From an uncultured Ignavibacteriales bacterium (GTDB lineage Bacteria; Zixibacteria; MSB-5A5; GN15; FEB-12), in contig CAZFOY010000010.1 of NCBI GenBank assembly GCA_964520865.1, positions 4,303-68,302 on the forward strand: 64,000 bases of DNA. The letters run 5' to 3'. How positions within the stretch are numbered: the first letter of the stretch is position 1; the number at the start of each line of letters is the position of its first letter. The translations under genes and the position numbers were made by a program. Positions 9,114 to 18,795 of the stretch are shown in pieces. The notes under the pieces were generated by a model that searched no databases, had not been told where the DNA came from, and worked only from the letters and a program-made list of their open reading frames with translations.

Positions 9114-10310
9114 ATGACTGACACCATTCCCCTCTTCGACATAACTCTGCACTATCTTGCTCCCGTGGGGGCGGTGATGTTGCTGGGACTACTGGGCGGC
9201 AAGGCAGCCCGATACTTTCACATGCCCAAGGTGACCGGCTATCTGCTGGCCGGAGTGCTTATCGGTCCCTCGGTTCTCGGAATTCTCTCTGAAAACGTAG
9301 TGAAAGACCTGTCGCTGATCACCGAGATCGCCCTCGGTCTGATCATGTTTGCGCTCGGCGGTGTGTTCGAAATCCACCATATCCAGTCGGTCGGAAAGAA
9401 AATCCTCTGGCTGACGATCGGACAATCGCTCGGCGCGGTTGCTCTGACCACCGGGGCGCTCCTGTTGGTCGGCATGCACTGGTTTCCGGCGATCCTTTTG
9501 GGAACTATCGGAATCGCCACCGCGCCGGCCGCTACCCTGCTGGTCGTACGGGAGTTTGAAGCCAAAGGTGACTTCACCGACACCCTCATCACCGTCGTTG
9601 CAACTTCGAATATCGTCTGTATTCTCGGGTTCGAGCTGGTCTACTCCCTCGGCCAGATCAAGGAAGGTGCAAGTCTTTTGTATGCTGCATTGAGTCCGAT
9701 CTACGAACTCGGCGGCGGCCTTCTCATCGGTGGCGTGGTCGGGTATATAATCTCGAAATGGGAGCAGCATATTGACGACCAGGCGGAGATGTTGATGATC
9801 ATCATCGCCGGCGTCATGCTGGTGACCGGCCTTGCCCTGACATTGAATCTCCAGCCGCTCTTTGCCACCCTCGTCATGGGGGCGGTAACCACCAACCTCT
9901 CCCTCATGCATCGACTCGTCTATATCGAGCTGCGGCAAGTCGAGCAACCTCTCTACATCGCCTTCTTCGTACTCGCCGGAGCCGCTCTTCATCTTGAATT
10001 TCTTCCTGCTCTTGGACTCGCCGGCCTGACTTATCTGGCCAGCCGGGTGGGCGGAAAGATTCTCGGGATCTATTGGATTGCGCGGAAACAAGGACTTGCC
10101 GACTCAATACGAAAGTACCTCGGCCTCGGCATGTTGGTTCAGGCCGGTGTCGCTATCGGTCTGGTGGATATAGTGCGAAAATCAGACCCTGAATTGGGTG
10201 AACTCATCACACCGATCATTCTCTCTACAATCGTTATCTACGAAACGGTCGGGCCGCCGGTGATTCGCTACATCCTGATCAAAGCCGGGGACGCCGCTCC
10301 TTCCCAATAA
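9114..10310 (+). CDS. Cation:proton antiporter (CPA2/Kef-type membrane domain only)
   Basis: Many hydrophobic segments; GYLLAGVLIGPS, ATAPAAT, FFVLAGA, QAGVAIGL motifs; SD ggag before ATG 9114. Confidence 0.85.
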   Translation: MTDTIPLFDITLHYLAPVGAVMLLGLLGGKAARYFHMPKVTGYLLAGVLIGPSVLGILSENVVKDLSLITEIALGLIMFALGGVFEIHHIQSVGKKILWLTIGQSLGAVALTTGALLLVGMHWFPAILLGTIGIATAPAATLLVVREFEAKGDFTDTLITVVATSNIVCILGFELVYSLGQIKEGASLLYAALSPIYELGGGLLIGGVVGYIISKWEQHIDDQAEMLMIIIAGVMLVTGLALTLNLQPLFATLVMGAVTTNLSLMHRLVYIELRQVEQPLYIAFFVLAGAALHLEFLPALGLAGLTYLASRVGGKILGIYWIARKQGLADSIRKYLGLGMLVQAGVAIGLVDIVRKSDPELGELITPIILSTIVIYETVGPPVIRYILIKAGDAAPSQ

Positions 10311-10376
10311 AAAAAGAAGACCGTCCGGAGGGGGTGGACGATCTTCCATGGGAATGGGAGGTAAAAGAAATTTGTC

Positions 10377-10808
10377 TTAGTTTACGTTCTTATTCGAGAA
10401 TTCCCTCAAAAAATCGGCAACGCTTCTGGCTCCCGCGGCATCGGGATACGAAGCCATTTCAAGCGGTATGACCTGATCCACGCGATGGCCCTGGGCGGTC
10501 AGGTGCGTGCGAATAAGATCGGTGACACGCTTCGATGCTATCTCGGCGCCCTGCCGGGTCGTCTCCGGAAACAAGAGGGCGAGACGGTTATCATCGAGAC
10601 GCGAAACATTGTCAATGGCCCGAATATTCCGGCTCACCACCTCCATCAACTCGGTGATAATAGCTTCACTCCGGCCATCCTGATATCCGGATACAAATCC
10701 CAAGTCAATGACAATTAACGAAATAAAGATCCGGTACCGCTCTGCCCGCTTAAGCTCGATACCTACTTTGTCAAGAAAGGGCTCCTCGGTTGCCATGATC
10801 TCATTCAC
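10377..10808 (-). CDS. Stand-alone degenerate GGDEF-domain protein with intact RxxD I-site
   Basis: ELKRAERY..SLIVIDL..RAIDNVSRL-DDNRL-ALLFPET follows the GGDEF fold pattern, with DDNRL at the GGDEF position. Start could be ATG 10796. Confidence 0.75.
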   Translation of the reverse strand: MNEIMATEEPFLDKVGIELKRAERYRIFISLIVIDLGFVSGYQDGRSEAIITELMEVVSRNIRAIDNVSRLDDNRLALLFPETTRQGAEIASKRVTDLIRTHLTAQGHRVDQVIPLEMASYPDAAGARSVADFLREFSNKNVN

Positions 10809-10869
10809 TGTGTCTATGCCGCTTCGTTTAAATTGTTTATAGACATTTCTGTCTGTTCAACTTTCAAAC

Positions 10870-10885
10870 AGCAATTATCATTCCC
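10870..10885 (-). promoter_or_regulatory. Candidate sigma-54 (-24/-12) promoter of the GGDEF-like gene
   Basis: Minus strand gGG-AATGATAATT-GCt: GG 10884-10883, exactly 10 nt, GC 10872-10871; directly downstream of a sigma-54 activator gene. Confidence 0.4.
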
Positions 10886-11098
10886 GAGAGGCCTCCATGA
10901 CTGAAAAGGAGAAAACTTTTCGGTCAGATTATCGCCGAAAGATCGTAAGAAGAAGGTAAAACTTTAGATAATAATTGATTAGACAATAGCGAGTAAACGG
11001 GTATAAAATACCCCACAAAAGTTATCCACACCCACACATGCACATCAATGCACATAATATGACGACACATTCCACTATTTCCAGCGGAAGGTCAGTAA

Positions 11099-12529
11099 CT
11101 ACTTGACGGAGTTAAGATTGTAGTCTTTGATCTTGTAGAGCAAAGAACGATAGCTGATTTCCAGCAGGTCGGCCGCCTTGCGGCGGTTCCAGTTTGTCTT
11201 GTGGAGAACTTCGGCGATAAGCTTCTTTTCCTCCTCGGCGATCTTCTTGCCGATGCGGTCCTTGAGGGAATAGCTATCACTCGGGCAGTCGTTGGCCGCC
11301 TGAGGTTGCGAGAGAGAATTGGCTACCGGGCGGGTTGTCGGAGAACCGGCCATCGGTTGGTTGCTTGATGAAGCGATCAGATTGGCGATGATAGTCTCGT
11401 CTTCACGGACCACCACCTGCTTGATCATATTCTCCAGCTGTCGGACATTGCCCGGCCAGTGGAAATCCATAAGTTGGGTGATCGTGTCGGATCCGACGCC
11501 GTTGAGTTGCTTGTCATACAGCTTATTGTACTTTTCCACGAAGTGACTGACCAGCACCGGAATGTCCTCGCGGCGCTCTCTGAGCGCAGGGAGAAACAAG
11601 GAGATTTCGTTGAGACGATAGAAGAGATCATCACGAAAGCCCTTTTCGCTGATGGCCAGCTCGAGATTTCGGTTGGTCGCACAGATGATGCGGACGTCGA
11701 CATGGATATTCTGAATTCCGCCAACCCGGACGAATTCCTGCTGTTCCAGCACCTGAAGCAACTTGGACTGGAGTTCAAGCGGCATATCGCCGATTTCGTC
11801 GAGAAAAATCGTCCCCTTGTTGGCCAGCTCAAAGCGACCCTGCTTGTTCTTATGCGCACCGGTGAAAGCACCCTTCTCGTATCCGAACAGCTCGGCTTCG
11901 AGAAGATCCCGCGGAATCGCGGCACAATTGACTTTGATGAACGGCTTATTGCGCCGACCGGACATCTGGTGGAGAAGCCTGGCGACAATCTCTTTACCGG
12001 TACCCGATTCACCCCGAATCAGCACGGTAAGTTCCGAGTCGGCCACCTGTTCGACAATTCCCCTGACCTGCTGCATCGCATTCGAATCACCAATGAAATT
12101 CTCATAGGTGAAACGGGTCTCAAGCTGAGTCTTCAGCTCTTTATTTTCGTGACGAAGTTGCGATTTTTCCAACACACCGTTTATGTGAATCTCGATCTCC
12201 TGAACATCGAACGGCTTATTAATAAACTCAGCCGCACCCAGCTTGATCGAGTCGACGACGTACTGGGTCTCCCCATGTCCTGAAACCATGATCACATCCG
12301 GACGGGCATCAAGCTTGTTCAGTTTCTCGAGTACCTCGATCCCGTTCATTCCGGGCATCTTGATGTCAAGAAGGATCAGATCCGGCTTTTCCGTGGAGAC
12401 CATCTGAAGCCCTTCGATGCCATCGCGGGCCGATACAAACTCGAATTTGCCGGACAATCCCTCTGTCAGGATCCACGACACCTTCGGGTCGTCGTCAATA
12501 ACCAGTATTTTCACTTTTGATTTCGCCAT
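11099..12529 (-). CDS. NtrC-family sigma-54-dependent response regulator (REC-AAA+-HTH)
   Basis: REC with DDD and LLDIKMPG; GESGTGKE, GAFTGA, FLDEIG, FRDDLFYRL, WPGNVRQL; Fis-type HTH. Start set at ATG 12529 because the upstream ATG falls inside a promoter. Confidence 0.95.
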   Translation of the reverse strand: MAKSKVKILVIDDDPKVSWILTEGLSGKFEFVSARDGIEGLQMVSTEKPDLILLDIKMPGMNGIEVLEKLNKLDARPDVIMVSGHGETQYVVDSIKLGAAEFINKPFDVQEIEIHINGVLEKSQLRHENKELKTQLETRFTYENFIGDSNAMQQVRGIVEQVADSELTVLIRGESGTGKEIVARLLHQMSGRRNKPFIKVNCAAIPRDLLEAELFGYEKGAFTGAHKNKQGRFELANKGTIFLDEIGDMPLELQSKLLQVLEQQEFVRVGGIQNIHVDVRIICATNRNLELAISEKGFRDDLFYRLNEISLFLPALRERREDIPVLVSHFVEKYNKLYDKQLNGVGSDTITQLMDFHWPGNVRQLENMIKQVVVREDETIIANLIASSSNQPMAGSPTTRPVANSLSQPQAANDCPSDSYSLKDRIGKKIAEEEKKLIAEVLHKTNWNRRKAADLLEISYRSLLYKIKDYNLNSVK

Positions 12530-12549
12530 ATGATGTATTGGTTTTGCAT

Positions 12550-12579
12550 ATAGTATCGGCATTCAACCTCAGGAATCAA
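12550..12579 (-). promoter_or_regulatory. Candidate sigma-70 promoter for the NtrC-family regulator
   Basis: TTGATT 12579-12574, 18-nt spacer, TACTAT 12555-12550. Confidence 0.4.
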
Positions 12580-12632
12580 GCCCAAACTTACCAGTAATTT
12601 GCTTATATTTGGCAAGAATCTGCACCCTGCGG

Positions 12633-14777
12633 CTAAATCGCCCCGCTTGGGAAATATACGGTAAAAGTAGTCCCTTTTCCTTCCTCGGACTGTACGCTCA
12701 AGGTACCATCGTGGGCGGAAATAATCCGTTCGACCACGGCCAGGCCGAGTCCGGTCCCGGTCGCCTTGGTGGTGAAATACCGGTCGAATATCTTGGACAG
12801 GTTCTCCCGTTTGATTCCCTCACCGGTATCGGTCACCTTCATCGCCAGGTAGTCCACCTTCTTGTGCTCTGGACGCTCGATTACCCCTCTCACCGAGAGC
12901 TGCCCCCGGTCGGACATAGCGTCGATCGCGTTGATGAACAGATTGAGGAAGACTTCGAGTATCTGGTTTTTATTCACAATGACGTTCCAGTCGGCTTCAT
13001 CAAAGCTCGACTGATACGCAATATCCTTCTTGCGAAGGTCCGGACCGACCAGCTCTGAGGCTTTCGTGACGATATGCCTGAGATCGACTCGCTCAGTCTG
13101 ATACTTTTTCGGGTTGGAGAAATCGACCAGTTCTTTGACCAGCTCGTTCATCCGGTGGACTTCGTCTTCGACATTGACAAACAGATCCGAGTCGGCCAGT
13201 TCGCTACTCGTCCGGCTCTTGAGGATCTGCAGTCCTCCCTTGATCGTTGTCAGCGGACGCCGGAGATCGTGAGAGATCTCGGAAATCATGTTGCCCATGG
13301 TGAGGAGCCGGGTGGCGTTCAGGAGCGACTTTTCACGCTCGAACAGTATCGCCGATTGCGAGATGACCAGCTTGGCCAACGAGATATCTTCCTGACCGTA
13401 GGCGTGCTCTGAATCAGCACCGAGATAGAAGATATATGCCAGCTCGCCGTATTTGATTATCGGGATGGCCATATTGGCGTTCTTCGGATGGGGGAAGATC
13501 GTGCTCTTTTGCAGCCACTCGACAATGCGCTCAGTCAGGTCGTGGATGTCGTTTACGTCGACCTGACTTTCCGGATTCAAATGGAAGATGAGATCCTGCC
13601 ACGGCGTCTGCCTCATATCGATCTTGCCGCTTCGCGTCATCGGAATGTACGGCATGCCGGTGATGCCGTCGGCCACGAAGATTTTGTTCTCACGATCCCA
13701 GTTGAACCAGATTGAAAAGTCGATCGGAAACAGCCGTCCGAGTTTATTGACCAGGCTTATCCGGAAATCGTGAAGCGTCTGGATCTGGGCCAGTTCGGTC
13801 GTGATCTCGTGAAGAATCTCGAACTCGATCAAGCGGCGCCGGTTCTTCTCGAACTGATTGGCATCGTCGACCGCAATAGCAGCCTGCGACGCAAAAGTTG
13901 TCAGGAGTCGAAGGTCGTTCTTGGTAAATATGCCACCGTCCTGCTTGTTGGCCATATTGATGACGCCAATCACTTTGTTCTTTATAATCAGGGGTGCGCA
14001 CAATAGAGACGCGGCACCGTACCGCTCCTTGTTCATTCGCTTGAATCGAGAATCGTGCTCGACATCTTCAACTATCAGCGGCTCGCCGTGGGCGGCGACA
14101 TACCCCGCAATCGATTCACCGACCGGCAGGCGGGTCGACGACACCACCTTCCCTTCGAGTCCGATGGCCGCTTCGATCGTCATGCACTCTCCTGTTTCAT
14201 CGAGCAACATGATCGAGCCGACCTGGGCCTCGGTCACGTTCGAGGCAAGCGCCACGATCTGACGCAGAAGTTCTTTAAGATTAGCGGTAGAGCCTATAGA
14301 TTTCCCGGCTTCGTACAAAGCGTTCAGCTCGCCTATTCGGCGATGAAGTATCAAGTTCGAGATCTTAAGTTCTTCGAGCAGGCGGAGCCGGTACAAATCC
14401 GAACGGCGTTTTTCCACAGCCCGTCTGACGGCCAGACCGAGGTGGGTGTACTCAACCGGTTTCATCAGGTAGTCGTAAGCACCGTGCGTGATCGCCTCGA
14501 TAGCCGAATCCAGCGAAGCATAGCCGGTCATGAGAATGACAGGAATATCTTCATCGACTTCCTTGACAATTTTCAGAATATCCAGTCCGCTGTAATCGGG
14601 CATCTTGATGTCGGTAATGACAAGATCGACCTTCGAGGACCGGATGGCCTCGACCGCCTCCTGGGCCTGCTGGTACGCCGAAACCTGGTAACCGTCGTCG
14701 GTCAGCAGAGCGGTCAGCGACTCGCACATCCGCTTTTCGTCATCGATGAGAATGATTTTTTCAGATGTCGTATTCAT
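12633..14777 (-). CDS. Cytoplasmic hybrid histidine kinase (REC-GAF-GAF-like-HisKA-HATPase)
   Basis: N-terminal REC (IDDE, TDIKMPD, TGY, KP); GAF (GESIAGYVA, LLCAPL, VIGVINM); H-box SHDLRRP; NLFINAIDAM, DTGEGI, TTKATGTGLGL; no TM segment seen. Confidence 0.9.
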   Translation of the reverse strand: MNTTSEKIILIDDEKRMCESLTALLTDDGYQVSAYQQAQEAVEAIRSSKVDLVITDIKMPDYSGLDILKIVKEVDEDIPVILMTGYASLDSAIEAITHGAYDYLMKPVEYTHLGLAVRRAVEKRRSDLYRLRLLEELKISNLILHRRIGELNALYEAGKSIGSTANLKELLRQIVALASNVTEAQVGSIMLLDETGECMTIEAAIGLEGKVVSSTRLPVGESIAGYVAAHGEPLIVEDVEHDSRFKRMNKERYGAASLLCAPLIIKNKVIGVINMANKQDGGIFTKNDLRLLTTFASQAAIAVDDANQFEKNRRRLIEFEILHEITTELAQIQTLHDFRISLVNKLGRLFPIDFSIWFNWDRENKIFVADGITGMPYIPMTRSGKIDMRQTPWQDLIFHLNPESQVDVNDIHDLTERIVEWLQKSTIFPHPKNANMAIPIIKYGELAYIFYLGADSEHAYGQEDISLAKLVISQSAILFEREKSLLNATRLLTMGNMISEISHDLRRPLTTIKGGLQILKSRTSSELADSDLFVNVEDEVHRMNELVKELVDFSNPKKYQTERVDLRHIVTKASELVGPDLRKKDIAYQSSFDEADWNVIVNKNQILEVFLNLFINAIDAMSDRGQLSVRGVIERPEHKKVDYLAMKVTDTGEGIKRENLSKIFDRYFTTKATGTGLGLAVVERIISAHDGTLSVQSEEGKGTTFTVYFPSGAI

Positions 14778-16191
14778 AAGTCCTGGTACTTGTCTCTATC
14801 GGCAGACGGATCTCAAAACATCCCCCTTTTTCGACATTTCTGAAGGAAATGGATCCACTGTGCTTCTTGATTATCCCGTAGCAAACGGACAGTCCCAAAC
14901 CGGTACCTTGTCCGGGGCGCTTGGTCGTAAAGAACGGCTCGAAAATACGGGGAATGATCTCCGGCGGGATTCCCGGGCCAGAATCGCACAACCGAACGAC
15001 CACATCTCCCTCTTCCGGGGCAACCTGAACTTCGAGCACCCCGCCCTTGTCCATGACATCGAGAGCATTGATTATGATATTGAGAAAAACCTGCTTGAGG
15101 TTTTCGGGAGACACATCAATCATCGGACAATCCGGATCGAATCGTTTAACCAACTCGACACCACGGCTCTGCAGTTGACGTTCCATGAGCATCAGAACGT
15201 CGCTCATTACTCCGGCAATGTCGGTCTTCACGAACTTGAGTCCGCTCGGACGATGAAAATCGAGCAGTTCCTTCACGATTCGCGCTATTCGGTTGATTTC
15301 ATCGGAGACAATCGCAGAGAATTTCTCCGTATCGTCGGGCGTCTTGGCCTGGCGGATCAACTGGACGTAGTTGAGGATTATTCCGAGCGGGTTGTTGATC
15401 TCATGAGCGACTTTCGCCGACATCTCGCCGAGCGCCGCCAGCCTTTCCGAGTGCACCAGTTGCTGCTGTGCGGACCTCAGCTGCTGGCTGGCCAGCCGCT
15501 CTGCTTCATAGAGACGAGTATTCTCGATCGCTACCGAAATCTGATTGCCAAGAATCGAAAGAAACTCGATATCTTCGTTGCGGAACTTCCCCCCGGACAT
15601 TTTGTCACTGATCAGAAGAATACCGCTTAGGCGGGTTTGATAGATCAACGGAACGGCCAGCCCGGGATGAAATTTATCGAGAATCTTCCGCTCGTTGCCG
15701 TCGGCCATTTCCTGAATCAGTGTTTCCGTCGACGTAGGTCGATTCAGCTTAGAGAGGTAGTCGGTCAGCACCGTCCCGGAATAGAATCTCGACGAAGGAT
15801 CGGGGAATCCTCCGGACCCTTTCTGTTTTGCCACGACATACTCGCCATCATCACGGTTTCTTTCGAGATAAACCGCAGCCTTGAGGGCGCCGACCTGCGC
15901 CAGCGACGTGAAGATAAACGTATCGAGAAGCTGCAGATAGTCGAGCACGGCGTTGAAATTGCGGCTGATTTCGAAGATCGTATAAAGGTCGAAGATCTTT
16001 CGTTTGAGCTGTCGATTCGCTTCGGTGAGACTTCCGATTCGTTCTTCCAGCTCGCGCTTGAGCACCTGCACCGAAGCTTCGTCCGCCTGCGGAGTCGCTT
16101 TCGCCCTGGTCTTCGGCTTCGAAGAACTCGTCTTTCGAACACGGCCCTTGGCCGGAGTTTTTTTTGCACTCTTTTTGTTATTGGAAGTCAT
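14761..16191 (-). CDS. Cytoplasmic GAF-domain histidine kinase
   Basis: Basic N-terminal tail, coiled coil, GAF-like region, [38 protein letters not shown]. Confidence 0.9.
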   Translation of the reverse strand: MTSNNKKSAKKTPAKGRVRKTSSSKPKTRAKATPQADEASVQVLKRELEERIGSLTEANRQLKRKIFDLYTIFEISRNFNAVLDYLQLLDTFIFTSLAQVGALKAAVYLERNRDDGEYVVAKQKGSGGFPDPSSRFYSGTVLTDYLSKLNRPTSTETLIQEMADGNERKILDKFHPGLAVPLIYQTRLSGILLISDKMSGGKFRNEDIEFLSILGNQISVAIENTRLYEAERLASQQLRSAQQQLVHSERLAALGEMSAKVAHEINNPLGIILNYVQLIRQAKTPDDTEKFSAIVSDEINRIARIVKELLDFHRPSGLKFVKTDIAGVMSDVLMLMERQLQSRGVELVKRFDPDCPMIDVSPENLKQVFLNIIINALDVMDKGGVLEVQVAPEEGDVVVRLCDSGPGIPPEIIPRIFEPFFTTKRPGQGTGLGLSVCYGIIKKHSGSISFRNVEKGGCFEIRLPIETSTRTYEYDI

Positions 16192-17465
16192 CGTACTCTA
16201 AATTTTTCGAAGAAGTCCCCGACAAGGTAATGGGAACCGATTATGACTATTATATCGTCACGACCGCACGTTTTCAACAATTTTGTGTAGGCGGTGCTTA
16301 TCGATCCAAACCGCCGAAACGGTACGCCCCTGAAATCGATCGTCCCGATCAATTCGCCGACATCTACCGCCCGCTTTGTTTTCAATTTCACCAGAGCGTA
16401 CCCGGCGGCGATCTGGGAGAGCGAATCGAAGATCTTTTGATGTTCCTTGCGTTTGACGAATCCAGTCAGCAGATACGCCTTTCTCCCCGGAAATCTTGCC
16501 CTGAACGAGTCGGCAAATGAAGCTGCCCCCGCGGCGTTGTGGCTGACGTCGAAAATATGCGTCGGCTTGGTTCGATATTCGCGTATCTGAAATCTTCCCG
16601 GCCAATCGGTGTGGACTATTCCCTCGCGGGCAGACTTGCGGGATATCGGAAGCCCCTCAGCATTGAGGATTGATACGGCCTTGAGTACCAGCGCGGTGTT
16701 CTTGAGTTGATGAATGCCGACCAGGGCAGGCTTGATCTGCCCGAAGCTGTACCCATCGTATTGAAACTTCAAACTCATGCGAGCAGGATCAGCGATAAAA
16801 TCAGCCGGTCGTAACTTGTAAAGGGGTGCCTTCACGAGTCTGCATTTTCGTTCCATGACCTTCTCGGCCTCGGGAGGCAGGAGTCCGATCAGGTGCGGGA
16901 CTCCATGCTTTATTATTCCCGCTTTCTCGCGGGCGATTTTCGTCAGCGTGTCGCCGAGAATCTCCATGTGATCCAGACTTATGTCAGTGGTGATCGTAAG
17001 GATAGGTTGCAGTACGTTGGAAGCATCCAGCCGGCCGCCCAGTCCGGTTTCGATAACCGCGATCTCGACTCCCGCCCGTTTGAAATGCTCGAACGCCATC
17101 GCGGTGATGACTTCGAAAAACGACAGCTTCCGGACGGCCAATTCCTTGCGGTATCGGTCGATAAAGCGCGTGACGGAGTTGCGGTCGATTTTTCGCCCGT
17201 TCACTTTCACCCGCTCACGGAGAGTTACCAAATGCGGTGACGTGAATAGCCCGGTCTTGTAGCCCTGAGCCCGAAGAACGGTATCGAGCATTGCCGCAGT
17301 CGAGCCTTTGCCGTTCGTGCCGGCGATATGAATAGTCCTATAGGCGTTTTGCGGGGAGTCGATCGATTCGAGGAAGCTGGTGATGTTCGCCAATCCGAGC
17401 TTCATACCGAAAAACTCCCGCGAGAGAATGAATCTCTCAGCTGAAGCATAGGTATGTTTCGGCAT
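16188..17465 (-). CDS. folC: Folylpolyglutamate/dihydrofolate synthase
   Basis: IHIAGTNGKGST, FTSPHL, ETGLGGRLDASNV, DHMEILG, WPGRFQ; ATG 17465 overlaps the accD stop (TGATG). Confidence 0.93.
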   Translation of the reverse strand: MPKHTYASAERFILSREFFGMKLGLANITSFLESIDSPQNAYRTIHIAGTNGKGSTAAMLDTVLRAQGYKTGLFTSPHLVTLRERVKVNGRKIDRNSVTRFIDRYRKELAVRKLSFFEVITAMAFEHFKRAGVEIAVIETGLGGRLDASNVLQPILTITTDISLDHMEILGDTLTKIAREKAGIIKHGVPHLIGLLPPEAEKVMERKCRLVKAPLYKLRPADFIADPARMSLKFQYDGYSFGQIKPALVGIHQLKNTALVLKAVSILNAEGLPISRKSAREGIVHTDWPGRFQIREYRTKPTHIFDVSHNAAGAASFADSFRARFPGRKAYLLTGFVKRKEHQKIFDSLSQIAAGYALVKLKTKRAVDVGELIGTIDFRGVPFRRFGSISTAYTKLLKTCGRDDIIVIIGSHYLVGDFFEKFRVR

Positions 17466-18307
17466 CACTTTCTCCACATATACTGGAGCAGTCTGAGGAC
17501 GGTCGAGCGAAGCTCCCTGCGATTGACGATCTTGTCGACAAACCCTTTATCGAGAAAGAACTCGGTCGACTGGAATCCTTCGGGAAGATCCTGCCCGATC
17601 GTCTGTTGAATAACGCGAGGTCCGGCGAATCCCAGCAATGCTTTCGGTTCCGCGATGATCACATCGCCGAGCGAAGCATAGGATGCCATCACCCCCGCAG
17701 TTGTCGGATTGGTAAGTATAGAGATATAAGGAATTTTCTTTTCCGCGAGAACGGCGAGCAGGGCCGAGGTCTTGGCCATCTGCATTAAAGAAAGTATCCC
17801 CTCCTGCATCCGCGCTCCGCCGGAGCACGAAATGATAATGAGCGGGATCTCTTTCTCGATCGCCCGCTCGATGGCTCGCGCGATCTTCTCGCCCACGACA
17901 GAACCCATCGAGCCGCCTATGAAATCGAAATTCATGATCGCGAATGAAACACTGATTCCGCCAACTTTACCGAGCCCGGCAATGACACCTTCCTGCCGTC
18001 CGGTCTTCGCCTGGGCCGCCCTGATCCGGTCAGGATATTTTTTGGAATCGCGGAATTTGAGCGGATCCTGCGAAGTCAATTGTGAGTCGTACTCCTCGAG
18101 ATCACCGTCATCAAGAAGCAGATTGATATATTTCTGCGAAGATATTCTGAAATGGAAGTCGCAGTTCGGGCAGACCCAGAGCAGCTCTTCCATCTTCTTG
18201 CTGTAAACGATTTCGCCGCACGATTCGCATTTCGTCCAGAGCCCCTCAGGAATGTTCTTCCGTTCCTGCGGCGCGAGGCCGGATTTATCTTTTCTAAACC
18301 ACGCCAT
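17465..18307 (-). CDS. accD: Acetyl-CoA carboxylase carboxyltransferase beta subunit
   Basis: WTKCESC..CPNC zinc ribbon, FIGGSMGSVVGEKI, SGGARMQEG, PTTAGV, FAGPRVI. Confidence 0.96.
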   Translation of the reverse strand: MAWFRKDKSGLAPQERKNIPEGLWTKCESCGEIVYSKKMEELLWVCPNCDFHFRISSQKYINLLLDDGDLEEYDSQLTSQDPLKFRDSKKYPDRIRAAQAKTGRQEGVIAGLGKVGGISVSFAIMNFDFIGGSMGSVVGEKIARAIERAIEKEIPLIIISCSGGARMQEGILSLMQMAKTSALLAVLAEKKIPYISILTNPTTAGVMASYASLGDVIIAEPKALLGFAGPRVIQQTIGQDLPEGFQSTEFFLDKGFVDKIVNRRELRSTVLRLLQYMWRK

Positions 18308-18312
18308 ATTAA

Positions 18313-18795
18313 TCAAGCCTTCTCGTCATCATCGAGGTAACGCACCATCACCAACGCATCCTCAAGCGGTTTGCGGTAATAGTGCGGCCGACGGTACAGC
18401 AGCTTAAAGCCATACCTTTCATAAAAAGCAACAGCCGGGGTGTTACTCGGCCTTACCTCAAGCAGAAGAAATTCGCACCGATGATCGGTAACGACTCTCA
18501 AGATATTCTCCAGAAGTCGTTTTGCAACTGATTTTCTTTGGTAGTCGGAGGCGACCGCAATATTGGTCAGGTGAGATTCGGCATCGAGGATATAGTAACA
18601 GGCGTAACCGATTACTTTGCCGTCAGTTTCGGCGACAATCGCGCCCCAGCCGGCTTCGCGCAGTTGCTGTTCAAATGCACTGGCGGACCAGGGATCGGAA
18701 AATGACTGCCGCTCAATCTTCATTACCGAAGAGATATCGCGCTCCGTCATCAGCCTGACGCTTACCTCAAGTTCACTTTTTGTGTCTGAGCTCAA
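18313..18795 (-). CDS. rimI: RimI-family N-acetyltransferase (start uncertain, ATG 18750 possible)
   Basis: IERQSFSDPWS, HLTNIAV, LEVRPSN, AFYERYGF, RPHYY, EDALVM; canonical tsaE-tsaB-rimI order. Confidence 0.88.
   Translation of the reverse strand: MSSDTKSELEVSVRLMTERDISSVMKIERQSFSDPWSASAFEQQLREAGWGAIVAETDGKVIGYACYYILDAESHLTNIAVASDYQRKSVAKRLLENILRVVTDHRCEFLLLEVRPSNTPAVAFYERYGFKLLYRRPHYYRKPLEDALVMVRYLDDDEKA

Noticed and set aside
10897-10959. 20-aa Arg-rich sORF MTEKEKTFRSDYRRKIVRRR ending in AGA AGA AGG
   Set aside because: Resembles a leader peptide, but there is no downstream gene on that strand, the SD is self-complementary, and no promoter is evident.
12553-12560. GCCGATAC as a sigma-28 -10 box before the NtrC-family gene
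   Set aside because: No TAAA-like -35 at the right distance; a sigma-70 arrangement explains the region better.
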